From positions 96,001 to 160,000 of IMG/VR virus record IMGVR_UViG_3300043395_000996: DNA of 64,000 bases; one strand, given 5' to 3'. A model generated the notes under the pieces. It worked only from the letters and a program-made list of their open reading frames with translations, was not told the origin of the DNA and made no database searches. This DNA comes from a virus. Made by a program: the position numbers and the translations under genes. This document shows positions 39,901 through 48,924 of this stretch, piece by piece. The stretch's first letter is position 1; every line of letters starts with the position of its first letter.

Positions 39901-42239
39901 ACATAAATGTTATCAGTATGTGGGTCATATCCACCAAATGATTTGTATAATGTTGCAAATTCATTATCTTTAACTAATTGAATGTTAAATGGCATTTTTT
40001 CCAACTCCAATCTATGGGTTGCAAATTTAATGAATTCACCTATGGTTTGAGCTTTACTTTTTTTTTGTGCCAAATCTTCTCTCAACAAATCCATTGCTGC
40101 ATTTTTAGCATCCATTTCCGGTTTGTTCTTTTTATATGATTCGATAGATGCCAACATTTGTTCATCTGACATTTTGAATGTTGCCATTCTCTCACCTATT
40201 TTCTTTATTAGGTTCATCATCATATTATGTGGATTAGGTTGGGTTGAATCTACACCTTCCGCAAGTCCGCCCGTTACAATACTCAATGCAGCACCACCTA
40301 CGCCGGCTTGAGCCGCATTAGCTCCTACTGCTTCAAATGCAACGTGCTTAACCATATCCTTACCCAAATGTGCGCCAAATCCCCATGCACCGTGAGTAAA
40401 TGCGCTTGTTGCACCATGTAGTGCCGCCTGTCCTATCGTACTTGCAGTAGCTCCGGCGGTTGTAGCCGCTCCGTATGCCGCTGTTCCAGCTCCAGCTGTC
40501 ATCATACTAGCACACATAATAGCGGCATCTTTTGCAGTACCAATTAAACCTTTCTTTTGCTCTTGATGTTCATACCAAGACTTTTTAGCTAATGCCAATT
40601 CGTGTTTAGATAAATCTTCTCTGAATACGGGTTCTTTTGTAGTTTTTGGTCTACCTCTCCAATCGGTTGCTTGTACGGGATTACCATTTTCATCGTGAAC
40701 ATCATGCCCATGCTTATCTTTTTTATAAACAGGCACTTCTTTCATTTTAGAACCCCATCCTTCAGCTGCACTTCCACTTTGTGTATAATCAGACCAATGT
40801 GCTTTTTTGCCCGTTTTAGGGTCTTTTATTGTTCCTAATTTACCCGATGTTGCAAAAGAATATATTCCTTTGCCAAATTCTTTATATTGGTCAACTTTAT
40901 GTGCAATCACATGCCCAACTGCTTTACCAACCGCATGTAATTTCTTACCTGTCCAATCGTTTAATTTTGAATACCAACCCTTTCTCATTTCTGATTCGGG
41001 ATTATTTGCATCATCAGCCGCTTTTCTATCCTCTTCAGATAAACCAGCTTTTGCTTTATGTAATTTTTCTTTTACTTCGGATGCTGCTCCACCTTTTTCT
41101 TTTTTCTCTGCCGAAGATTTTAATTCTGCTCCACTTAATTTTTGCTCAGGCGGTGGCGCTTGTTGACCCGGTTGCTCTCCACCATTTGGAGTTCCATCTA
41201 TTTTACCCTGTGCGGTTTGTCCTTTTTTAACAGGTTGACCTGGCTGTGCTGGCTTAGCTGATTGAGTTGCCGCTTTTCCCTTTGGTTCATTAACCGGTGC
41301 ATCTTTTGGCCCTACTAATTTAGCGGCTTGAATATGTGCTTCGTGGTCTTTTGGTAATCTCAATGCACCTCTTACAGTAATTTTCTTTTTCTTACCATCT
41401 TTGGAAGTATAACTGATTTCCTTATCCATTATAGGATTTGGTTCTTCTTCTAAAAAATATTCTTCTATGAAATTATCTGCTTCAAATACCAATTTTGCTA
41501 TTTGTTCAGCGATAGGGTCATAATAATCATCTTTATTAGAGTATTCTATTTCGTGTCTTGTAGGATGTGGTTCTGGTCTCATTTCTGATGATGGGTTTGT
41601 ATTATTACTTTCCTCAACCGAACCCGTTGGTGCACCATTGATATATCCATTTGGTAAATTTAACCCAACTCCGATTCCACCAGGAAATCCTTCATTTAAC
41701 TTTTTTGTAATCATTTTAAAAATATCTTTATCAAATTTTGGATATGCTTTTGTGAAGAATTTTTTTGCAGTTTCTTCATCGCCACCCAATCCCTTACGGA
41801 CATCCGTTCCACTAATAGGATTTGATTCAGGTGGTACTATATAAGTATAACCAATCTCATCGTAACCATATCCAGCTTTACCATTATATGGTTTAAAGTA
41901 TTTACCTTGCAATCTATTTGCATCTTTCTCACCTACTGCTGCAATATATTGAGTAGTTTTACCATCAAATTTAGAAAGTACTTCTTTTGGAGAGTATGGG
42001 TTTGCTACTTGTACAATTTTGCTTGGCGGAATACCAAACATTTTACCCATTATGATAACCTTTTCTTTGAAATTAAATGGAGATTTATCGTTATCCGTTT
42101 TATTAGACGTAGCAATATAAACATTATCCTTACCGAATTTAGATACTAACTTCTCATAAGCGGCATAATGCCCTTTATGAAAGGGTTGAAAACGGCCCGA
42201 ATATATTACAACGGTCTTTGTTACTTTTGGTTTATCCAC
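36939..42239 (-). CDS. 1766-aa mosaic protein: HxGH nucleotidyltransferase-like domain + Gly/Ala hydrophobic segment + HExxH zincin-like domain + further modules + C-terminal DUF6267-like domain
   Basis: GRFQPFHKGH, LRTLAHELVH and EGGAYGHMNHPFD...EKTDG motifs; GTG start. Confidence 0.65.
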   Translation of the reverse strand: MDKPKVTKTVVIYSGRFQPFHKGHYAAYEKLVSKFGKDNVYIATSNKTDNDKSPFNFKEKVIIMGKMFGIPPSKIVQVANPYSPKEVLSKFDGKTTQYIAAVGEKDANRLQGKYFKPYNGKAGYGYDEIGYTYIVPPESNPISGTDVRKGLGGDEETAKKFFTKAYPKFDKDIFKMITKKLNEGFPGGIGVGLNLPNGYINGAPTGSVEESNNTNPSSEMRPEPHPTRHEIEYSNKDDYYDPIAEQIAKLVFEADNFIEEYFLEEEPNPIMDKEISYTSKDGKKKKITVRGALRLPKDHEAHIQAAKLVGPKDAPVNEPKGKAATQSAKPAQPGQPVKKGQTAQGKIDGTPNGGEQPGQQAPPPEQKLSGAELKSSAEKKEKGGAASEVKEKLHKAKAGLSEEDRKAADDANNPESEMRKGWYSKLNDWTGKKLHAVGKAVGHVIAHKVDQYKEFGKGIYSFATSGKLGTIKDPKTGKKAHWSDYTQSGSAAEGWGSKMKEVPVYKKDKHGHDVHDENGNPVQATDWRGRPKTTKEPVFREDLSKHELALAKKSWYEHQEQKKGLIGTAKDAAIMCASMMTAGAGTAAYGAATTAGATASTIGQAALHGATSAFTHGAWGFGAHLGKDMVKHVAFEAVGANAAQAGVGGAALSIVTGGLAEGVDSTQPNPHNMMMNLIKKIGERMATFKMSDEQMLASIESYKKNKPEMDAKNAAMDLLREDLAQKKSKAQTIGEFIKFATHRLELEKMPFNIQLVKDNEFATLYKSFGGYDPHTDNIYVYVTNRSLPDILRTLAHELVHLKQRQSGYIGGVEDGATGSDVENEANAAAGILLRDFGKLNSHIYEDVNVDVDKGDVVLMGKFKNKKVQVKDIGKDDHGMPTINGKQATTFRTTEEMAKADLDSVERYADRELSPADIEFSKHFFDRVNDARNGKDISEPELTGFFKRLASKHKKEFLNLLDKYNQIVVKDSRSDINIPFVKMANKVIAKTIMRKGDFQTSSKTITNEAFTKGQLYAGNLKINGVVVPIEVELIGADNKTNQFITKIIHIDSKYFHKFPIGSTLPIPARIFRFTGGWRKIKTPSAFKESLNEVKWEDSAYDKCMLGKLPLSLNIIKKIVEPIRTTSLHATDIEHLPQVDALQGKQKSISTFTKTTKWGKLVQGKGMHTKGGIIVALSGTVLAQSIMDLWTEPDKKGMRWVNPGTIISGLGREQDVVFNFAPELKPYKEDWKKNMYDNPATNKEKAEFIKKYIDAADRYMLSKKKEFQDKYLNSNGLYYDSDWNEVVLNQIKIESILVVPWLLKTNVKVGSWDFDMENKEDTEKTIQKLKQKYPRVVVAKNEADIANFITTNGGSIINESVNQSKELIMEGGAYGHMNHPFDISMNLTFGDLKKIINNALDGNLGVVREKTDGQALAISWKNGRLIAARNKGHLANSGENALDAAALADKFNGRGALADAYNFAMKDLYSAISGLGEKERQSIFKDGSAFCNLEVIYPENANVIPYGQNLLVFHNVVEYDEKGNAIGGVKGAESKLASMIKKVNADVQSKYTIQGPPITKLPKDEKLSSQKGKFNSMLSKLQSEFNLGDKDGVADYHYAWWMNFVNKSKKNLAQLEKEGLARRWAFDNKSFTIKSIADEDARKWAEGVDKDAKDKIMKGNLRKFEDIFLGVGAEVLSFMGSVLTAQPDSALQSIRKSLESSISDIRSGGSESQIKRLEKELARLNAIGGFDKLVPNEGLVFFYKGNTYKLTGTFAPLNQILGIFKFGR

Positions 42240-42261
42240 TATAAATCCTAAATTATTTGTA

Positions 42262-42270
42262 TATAAATAT
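42262..42270 (-). promoter_or_regulatory. Putative late promoter box ATATTTATA
   Basis: Exact 9-mer, 22 nt upstream of the 42239 start. Confidence 0.6.
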
Positions 42271-42284
42271 TCTAAAACTTAACT

Positions 42285-42404
42285 TTAGAAATTTTTATAT
42301 ACAAATGGGTCTCTTTTTTTAAGTTCTTCTAATTTTTTCTTAATTCTTTTTTTCATTTTATACTTTTCGTATAATTCTTTTAAATATTTAAATGGATTTA
42401 TCAT
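42285..42404 (-). CDS. 39-aa basic peptide (KKLEELKKRDPFVY type), absent from the ORF track
   Basis: Hand translation MINPFKYLKELYEKYKMKKRIKKKLEELKKRDPFVYKNF; ATGA-coupled to the upstream stop. Confidence 0.7.
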   Translation of the reverse strand: MINPFKYLKELYEKYKMKKRIKKKLEELKKRDPFVYKNF

Positions 42405-43837
42405 AATATATCTATTTTTGGTTTACTTATTAAATATTCTCTATTTGTTAGAGCTAAAAAATGATTGTGGTCTAATGATATTTTTTTACTACCAATTTTA
42501 TACATTAATTCTTTATTATGTATTAGTCTTGGTAATAATTGTTTTACCATTTCGGAAAGCTCTTCTATTGAATAACTATTTAATCTTTTAATTTCATTAA
42601 AAATCATAGATAATCTAATAGATGGGTCTTTTTTCGTATCATATCTTTCATCTATTATTGGATGAAATGTTTTGAACCCCATTTGTTTTAAAAATTTTAA
42701 AGAATTGTATGGGCCAATTAATACAAACGGATGACCATGTACAATTGGTTTCCAAATTTTTTCCGAAAGATATCCACTCTCTTCATAAAATAAAGTTTCT
42801 GATACAATTGATATTAAAGATTTCATATAAACATCTTTATTTTCAAATCCATATCCCCATACATTTTCTAAATTATCATAATCTATTGTTCTTGGTGATG
42901 TTTGATTTAAATACGAAATAAAATCATTGTATTCATTTATATCCAATTTTCTTTTTAAATCATCTATTACACCATCTGTAATTAAATTATAATCATAACT
43001 TATAAGATTAGATTCTAACATATTTTCTTTCCAAAGAAAATGCAATACTTCACTTCTATGAGGTCGTATTCTTCTATTAAAATTTAAAAATTTAACAGAT
43101 TTCATATTGAAATTTGCGATATCTTCCATATTAGAAAATGTATAGTTTGTTTTCTTCTCATCTTCTAACCAAAAATTATAATCATCTTGATTTGATTTTT
43201 TGAAATATTCCTCTGCTTTAGAATTCAATGACCAACAAAAATGAATTAATTTTGGCATAAAATTACCAAAAATTGGTTTCATCATTTGTTCTAAATGAAA
43301 ATCATTATGACAAATTATTATTTTATTTGGTGGTAGATTTAAATCCAATAAGCATTTATATAATTTTATTAATTGATTTTTTGATATATTACCATCTATT
43401 ACATAATTAATAACAAGCTTTCCACCATAATCTCTAATTTCTTCTAAAGTTTTTGAAGGAATAAATTTAGAAAATGGTATATTATGAGATGTCTTATTCA
43501 ATCCCAAAAAATTCGCAATATCACCATATGGTTCAATCAAATAATACCAATCGTAACAATTTCCACGTTCTCTTTCTCTAATAATTGCATGAACCGAACG
43601 TGTTTCTATACCAAAATATCCAGGATTTCCTTCTTCATCATTTAATTGTACGTTAAATCGTGCATTAAATACAGACCAAAGTGCTTTATGTTTATCTTTA
43701 AAATAATTTTCTGATGTATCAAATGTATAATCTGTGTGGTATGCAAAATCCAAATATTTTGGATTTAAGCAATTTGGTACTTCATTGTATGGAAATAAAA
43801 TATCGTAACCAACTACAATTCTTTCATTATTGTTCAT
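42401..43837 (-). CDS. Putative glycosyltransferase with GT10-like C-terminal motif
   Basis: SIVSETLFY...YLSEKIWKPI..GHPFVLIG; paralog of 48900..50228. Start moved to MNNNER (track gives 43858). Confidence 0.55.
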   Translation of the reverse strand: MNNNERIVVGYDILFPYNEVPNCLNPKYLDFAYHTDYTFDTSENYFKDKHKALWSVFNARFNVQLNDEEGNPGYFGIETRSVHAIIRERERGNCYDWYYLIEPYGDIANFLGLNKTSHNIPFSKFIPSKTLEEIRDYGGKLVINYVIDGNISKNQLIKLYKCLLDLNLPPNKIIICHNDFHLEQMMKPIFGNFMPKLIHFCWSLNSKAEEYFKKSNQDDYNFWLEDEKKTNYTFSNMEDIANFNMKSVKFLNFNRRIRPHRSEVLHFLWKENMLESNLISYDYNLITDGVIDDLKRKLDINEYNDFISYLNQTSPRTIDYDNLENVWGYGFENKDVYMKSLISIVSETLFYEESGYLSEKIWKPIVHGHPFVLIGPYNSLKFLKQMGFKTFHPIIDERYDTKKDPSIRLSMIFNEIKRLNSYSIEELSEMVKQLLPRLIHNKELMYKIGSKKISLDHNHFLALTNREYLISKPKIDIL

Positions 43838-44369
43838 AATATAATTCAGGATATTCAACTAAACAATGTATTCCACCTTCTCCAATCGCATATTCATATG
43901 AATTATAAATATCAAATGGCGTTTTTAAATCGTGAAATTCTATATTTTTGCAAAGCGATTTAAATTCTTCGATATAACTTCCTTTATGTTGATGACCAGG
44001 GTCTAATGGTTTATCTGAACCTTTACCTAATCTAATTATAATATTTACTTTTTTATCAGTCATCATTTCGTATTTATCCAAATGATTGATTAATTGATTT
44101 GTTGCCGAAATGATGAAATCCCAACGAGGATAGAATGTAATAACTCGCTTACCAGTCATTGCTAATCCCAAGCTCATTCCCATTTGTGTTTCTTCCATCA
44201 CAGGCACTTCAATCATTTTTTCTTTTGGTACATCTCCTAATGTTGTACTCATAGGATTTCCGGCATAAACTATTTGTTGTCCAATAAAGATTGTATCATC
44301 CATTTTTGCTAATTTTGTCATAGCATTTGTTAGTGCATCTTTGTATGGAGAATATTGTGGTGTACTCAT
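43827..44369 (-). CDS. ThDP-dependent E1-beta/transketolase pyrimidine-binding subunit (truncated, 180 aa)
   Basis: IEVPVMEETQMGMSLGLAMTG, DFIISATNQLIN and GHQH motifs. Confidence 0.8.
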   Translation of the reverse strand: MSTPQYSPYKDALTNAMTKLAKMDDTIFIGQQIVYAGNPMSTTLGDVPKEKMIEVPVMEETQMGMSLGLAMTGKRVITFYPRWDFIISATNQLINHLDKYEMMTDKKVNIIIRLGKGSDKPLDPGHQHKGSYIEEFKSLCKNIEFHDLKTPFDIYNSYEYAIGEGGIHCLVEYPELYYEQ

Positions 44370-45208
44370 ATTAATTTATATTTTGCATTTTCTATATTTT
44401 TAATAATGCTATCTGCTATTATTTTATGACATTCCATAGATGGATGTTCATCGTTTGGCGTATTTTCTTCAAAAAATTTTTTATTATTTATAATTTCAAA
44501 TTCAGGTTCAAATTCAATTAAATTTTGAATACATTTAAAAACATTATTATCATATTCTAAATGAATTAATCTTTTTGATAAAAATGTATCAGTTTTAATA
44601 TATGGTAAATATTCATCGGTCCAACATAGCAATCTAGTATTTATGTTAAATGCTTCTTCGTAGAGAGATAATTTTTGTTTAATATTTTCAATATTTGAAA
44701 CTATGAAATCAGAATACCATTCTTCAAATGTTAAATCAATACTTTTTAAATATTTACAAAATATATTAAATGTAGCTTTATGAGATGGATGATGAATTCC
44801 ACTTTCAAATACAAATTCTTTATTATCAAAAATTAATTTATATGGATTTCTTAAAACTTGGCTTGTTTGAAATATTATGAAATTAAAATCTTTTGGTTCA
44901 AATTCTAATGGAAACAAATATTCATCTCTATCTAATTTATTTTTTAATCCTAATGTGTTATCGATAAATTCAATAGATAATGTATCTCTTCCTCCATTAT
45001 ATTTTTGTACTACTTCAAATGTATTAAAGTGATTTGCAACTAGTCTTGGAAAACGTTTGGATTCCATATATTTAATTTGAGCCAAACGTAAATCCATCAT
45101 ATTAAATTCTGAATTTTTATAAGATAGGTTACTGTTATCTAAATCAGAATAATAATATAATCCTTGTCCCCAAGTAAAAGAACAACCTGCAAATATTATA
45201 CCTCTCAT
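44366..45208 (-). CDS. SGNH-like hydrolase/acyltransferase, paralog 1
   Basis: GCSFTWGQG and DEHPSMECH motifs. Start moved to MRGIIF (track gives 45271). Confidence 0.6.
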   Translation of the reverse strand: MRGIIFAGCSFTWGQGLYYYSDLDNSNLSYKNSEFNMMDLRLAQIKYMESKRFPRLVANHFNTFEVVQKYNGGRDTLSIEFIDNTLGLKNKLDRDEYLFPLEFEPKDFNFIIFQTSQVLRNPYKLIFDNKEFVFESGIHHPSHKATFNIFCKYLKSIDLTFEEWYSDFIVSNIENIKQKLSLYEEAFNINTRLLCWTDEYLPYIKTDTFLSKRLIHLEYDNNVFKCIQNLIEFEPEFEIINNKKFFEENTPNDEHPSMECHKIIADSIIKNIENAKYKLI

Positions 45209-45218
45209 AATTAAAAAA

Positions 45219-46211
45219 TTATGGTTTTGAGTTTGGGTTGTATTGATTTTTATTTTCTTTATACCACTCAATGGTTTCTTTGAGAGCTTGTTTTAAATCT
45301 CTTTTTGGAAACCAACCGGCATCGTTAATTTTCTTTGATGATAATAATCGAACCGGAATCATTGGTGCCTTATTGTTCACATATTCAATTGGATTGGTAT
45401 TTCCATCTATTTCTTTAATCCAACCCAATACTTCATTCACACTAAATCCTTCACCATATGCAACGTTGAAGATATTAAATGTATCGTTGTTTTCAGCAAC
45501 CCAAATAAATCCATCTGCCATATCTTCAACGTGTAATAAATCTCTTACTTCCGTACCATCACCCCAAACTGGGATTGGATTTAAACCATCTGCTACTTTA
45601 CGAATATTTGCAGGAGTAACGTGGCACTTTTCAAAATCAAATTTATCATTAGGGCCGAATGCATTTGAAGGTCTAACAATCAAACACTGCATTGGGTTAT
45701 GAATTTGATGTGAGAAATAATCACATAATAATTCACCATATCGTTTCATATTACCAACTGCACCATAGATAGGAAATGTAGGTGTTGCATGAACATTAAT
45801 ATCTTCAGTACAAAACTCATCCTTCATATCTGGATAGACAGTGTTAGATGAAATAAATAAGAATTTACCAACTTTATTTCTCCAACTTTGTTCCATTAAG
45901 TTTACGTTCATCTCCACATTTGGAGTAACGTGTAAAAGTGGATTTTCTTTTGTATCCAATGCGTTTGATGTGTTTGCTGCACAATGAAATACTACATCAA
46001 CTCCTTCCGAAACTTCAGCACAAAATTTAGCATCTTGTAAGTTTCCTTTATATAATGGAATGTTTTCACATCCCTCAAAATCATTTCTCAATCCTCTACT
46101 ATGAGAAGTTGCACGTAAATTGGTGTAACCCTTCTGATGTAATAATCTTAATAAATGTGAACCAATAAATCCGCTTGCACCTGTAACTAAAATTTTGTCT
46201 GTTTTTTTCAT
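45219..46211 (-). CDS. Extended SDR (GDP-fucose-synthase-like) nucleotide-sugar epimerase/reductase
   Basis: TGASGFIG, RPSNAFGP and WGDGTEVRDLLHV motifs. Confidence 0.8.
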   Translation of the reverse strand: MKKTDKILVTGASGFIGSHLLRLLHQKGYTNLRATSHSRGLRNDFEGCENIPLYKGNLQDAKFCAEVSEGVDVVFHCAANTSNALDTKENPLLHVTPNVEMNVNLMEQSWRNKVGKFLFISSNTVYPDMKDEFCTEDINVHATPTFPIYGAVGNMKRYGELLCDYFSHQIHNPMQCLIVRPSNAFGPNDKFDFEKCHVTPANIRKVADGLNPIPVWGDGTEVRDLLHVEDMADGFIWVAENNDTFNIFNVAYGEGFSVNEVLGWIKEIDGNTNPIEYVNNKAPMIPVRLLSSKKINDAGWFPKRDLKQALKETIEWYKENKNQYNPNSKP

Positions 46212-46217
46212 AATTAA

Positions 46218-46811
46218 TTATTTTTTATGTATAAATGCACATATTGCATATCTTTCTGAATTTTTTACTTTTGTAACTTCGTGTTCAACTGAATTTTCTG
46301 TATAATCTATCACAACAACTCTACCATATTCTGGAACTATTTTTGTTTTATTTTTTAAAATTAAACATCCACCATTATTTTCATCATAATTTTTATTAAG
46401 ATAAATTAATATTCCGGCGATTCGTTTTGGGTCTCTCCCATCATTGTGCGGAATTATAAAACATCCATCATTAAATAATGTAACAGAATCTAAAATTTCA
46501 ATATCATTTATAGAATAGAATTTTAAATAAATACTTGTTAATAAATCATATATTTCGGTTTTTTTAGGAGAATCTACATACCAAATTTGTGCTAAATTTG
46601 GATGATTTAATAATTCATTTTTTTTAATATCTAAATTAGAAAAAGAATCATATGGTAACATATGGTTATGCCCTACATTGTTATAAGAAACTCTTAATGT
46701 ATGAAAATTATTATTTGATATTATAGAATGTATATTAGATAATAATTTTAATTCATTTTCATCTGTTATATCAAACGTTATAAACCCATTTTTTATTAAT
46801 TCTTCTTTCAT
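46218..46811 (-). CDS. 2OG-Fe(II) oxygenase
   Basis: PHND (HxD), GILIYLN and HEV...RYAI motifs. Confidence 0.75.
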   Translation of the reverse strand: MKEELIKNGFITFDITDENELKLLSNIHSIISNNNFHTLRVSYNNVGHNHMLPYDSFSNLDIKKNELLNHPNLAQIWYVDSPKKTEIYDLLTSIYLKFYSINDIEILDSVTLFNDGCFIIPHNDGRDPKRIAGILIYLNKNYDENNGGCLILKNKTKIVPEYGRVVVIDYTENSVEHEVTKVKNSERYAICAFIHKK

Positions 46812-46817
46812 AATTTA

Positions 46818-46849
46818 CAAAGATACGACATTTATTTGATATTTCCAAA
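46818..46849 (-). promoter_or_regulatory. Bacteroidota housekeeping-sigma promoter upstream of the oxygenase
   Basis: TTTG (46846-46849), 20-nt spacer, TATCTTTG (46818-46825). Confidence 0.75.
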
Positions 46850-47923
46850 TTAAAATAGTTCCCATTTTAAAATAATATCTTTTACAAATTTGTTATACAT
46901 TTTTGCTGAAACATGCCCCAATGGACATCTCCAATCTTCATAATTTTCCAACATTTCATCAAATGTTTTAAATGGTTTATTATTTTTAGATTGTTCCATA
47001 AACAAAATATTGTGATATTCTTGATTTGTAGATGTATCATTTATATCAAAATTTTTAATAGCCCATTCTGTAACGCCACCATATTTGTGTATGTTTTCTT
47101 CTTCATAAAACCAAAAAGAATTCCAATCAATTAAATTCCAATAATAATTCAAATATGGATTATCTTTATATCTCATACTATCATTCCAAGTATTTGGAAC
47201 ATATTTGTTATATAATATTTCATATAATTCATTATGCTTACTATATTCAGGTTTAAATCGTGGAAATCCACCACTTTTTATTAAATTCAAAACATATGTA
47301 TCTGAAAAATTATTGGCTATATTAAACATTTTGTATTTAATATTATTTGATTTTAAATACAACTGAAGCATTACAATTGTTTCCAAAAAACATAACATTC
47401 GTTCTTCGTATGAATGTACCCATCCTAAATTTAAAGCCGCAAATTCCTTCATTGGGTTTTTAATATGTTCCATAAAAAATCCACCTGAAAGGAAATAATA
47501 TCCATTTTCACCCATTTCACTTTTTTCTTCTACAAAGTCATTTATATGGGCATAATCATCATCCCACCTTCTTCGATGTTGTGGTAATTTTAATTTAGGA
47601 TTTTCTTTTATTTTTGATGGAGAAACAAAAAATGAATTTCTATAAAAAGATGACCATTGAACTATAACCGATATATCGGATGTATCAATTCCTTCTTTTT
47701 TTAATTTTTCTATTTTATAGATAATACTTCTTGCTATTGATTGATTATCATTTGTAACATTTGCAACATTTATTACATTCAAATTTGGATTCAGTATTTT
47801 TAATTGATGAGAAAAATAATAAATTTCCTTATGGTCCTCATTTAGAATATTATTATCTGTCACATCTATATTGATTCTACCTGCTCTAGTAAAAGAGCAC
47901 CCACTTGTTACCAAATGTTTCAT
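46850..47923 (-). CDS. SGNH-like protein, paralog 2
   Basis: SGCSFT, VQWS and C-terminal LGHVS motifs. Confidence 0.5.
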   Translation of the reverse strand: MKHLVTSGCSFTRAGRINIDVTDNNILNEDHKEIYYFSHQLKILNPNLNVINVANVTNDNQSIARSIIYKIEKLKKEGIDTSDISVIVQWSSFYRNSFFVSPSKIKENPKLKLPQHRRRWDDDYAHINDFVEEKSEMGENGYYFLSGGFFMEHIKNPMKEFAALNLGWVHSYEERMLCFLETIVMLQLYLKSNNIKYKMFNIANNFSDTYVLNLIKSGGFPRFKPEYSKHNELYEILYNKYVPNTWNDSMRYKDNPYLNYYWNLIDWNSFWFYEEENIHKYGGVTEWAIKNFDINDTSTNQEYHNILFMEQSKNNKPFKTFDEMLENYEDWRCPLGHVSAKMYNKFVKDIILKWELF

Positions 47924-48924
47924 TATAATCTACTTTTATATTCTAAAATCGATTTAGTCAAACCTTCCTTTAAAGTAGTTTGTGGTAAAATACCATATTT
48001 TGTTTGTAATTTAGAACCTAAACATCTAATTGGGTCTCCGTTTGTTTTAGTTTCATCCCAAACAATATTTTTAGTTTTGCCTGTAATTTCTTTATAACAC
48101 TCAACAATAGTTTCAATTGTTTCTTTAATAGTTACTGCTTCCGCACATCCAAAGTTGATAATATCTTTAACTTCTTTTTTAACTACATCAATTGTAGCCT
48201 GTGCAACATCATCACCAAATACAAAATCTCTTTTTGATGAACCATTACCCCAACATACCATATCATCTCCTTCTACATTGAACAATTTCCAAATATTAGA
48301 TGAAATTACAGTTGCATCTTGCGCAAAATTATCGTTGATTCCGTAAATGTTTGAAGGTCTAATTACAGTCCAATTATCCCAACCATACTGAACTTTAAGA
48401 GCATCTAATGTAAGTTCTCCCATTCTCTTTGTCCAACCGGGATGCCAATCTAAACGTGATGGAGTTGATGCCCAAGTTTCTTGCTGATTCCAAATATCTT
48501 CTTCGTTCATTACATCTGCCGGCTTATACACTCCAACCGATGATAAATAAACAAACCAATCAACTTTTGCATCAAATGATGCTTTAATCATATTGGTATT
48601 AAACATTAACATTGGGAATAGGTAATCGGCTGGATTTTGCGATGAACGAGCCGGCGAACCTTTTACACCTGCTATGTGGAGAACAATATCCATCTTATCC
48701 AATGCAAATAATTCTTCGCAATGAGAAAGATATGTCAAATCGGTTTTAACTAAAACCAATCTATCACCACCATATTGAGATTGTAAAAAATTTAATTTAT
48801 CACCAAATTTTAAGTCTACTGCGTAAACTTTTTCGGCTCCTTCTTCTAAACATTTTTTAACTGCCGGGAATCCAACCAATCCGTTTGCTCCAGTTATAAC
48901 TACTTTTTTTCCTGTAAATTGCAT
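47923..48924 (-). CDS. Extended SDR (GDP-fucose-synthase-like) nucleotide-sugar epimerase/reductase
   Basis: TGANGLVG, RPSNIYG and WGNGSSKRDFVF motifs. Confidence 0.8.
   Translation of the reverse strand: MQFTGKKVVITGANGLVGFPAVKKCLEEGAEKVYAVDLKFGDKLNFLQSQYGGDRLVLVKTDLTYLSHCEELFALDKMDIVLHIAGVKGSPARSSQNPADYLFPMLMFNTNMIKASFDAKVDWFVYLSSVGVYKPADVMNEEDIWNQQETWASTPSRLDWHPGWTKRMGELTLDALKVQYGWDNWTVIRPSNIYGINDNFAQDATVISSNIWKLFNVEGDDMVCWGNGSSKRDFVFGDDVAQATIDVVKKEVKDIINFGCAEAVTIKETIETIVECYKEITGKTKNIVWDETKTNGDPIRCLGSKLQTKYGILPQTTLKEGLTKSILEYKSRL

Noticed and set aside
40052-40066. Slippage at other A/T runs (~40058, 26022-26030, ~8073-8081)
   Set aside because: They are either in-frame within an intact ORF or intergenic, with no out-of-frame partner ORF lacking a start.
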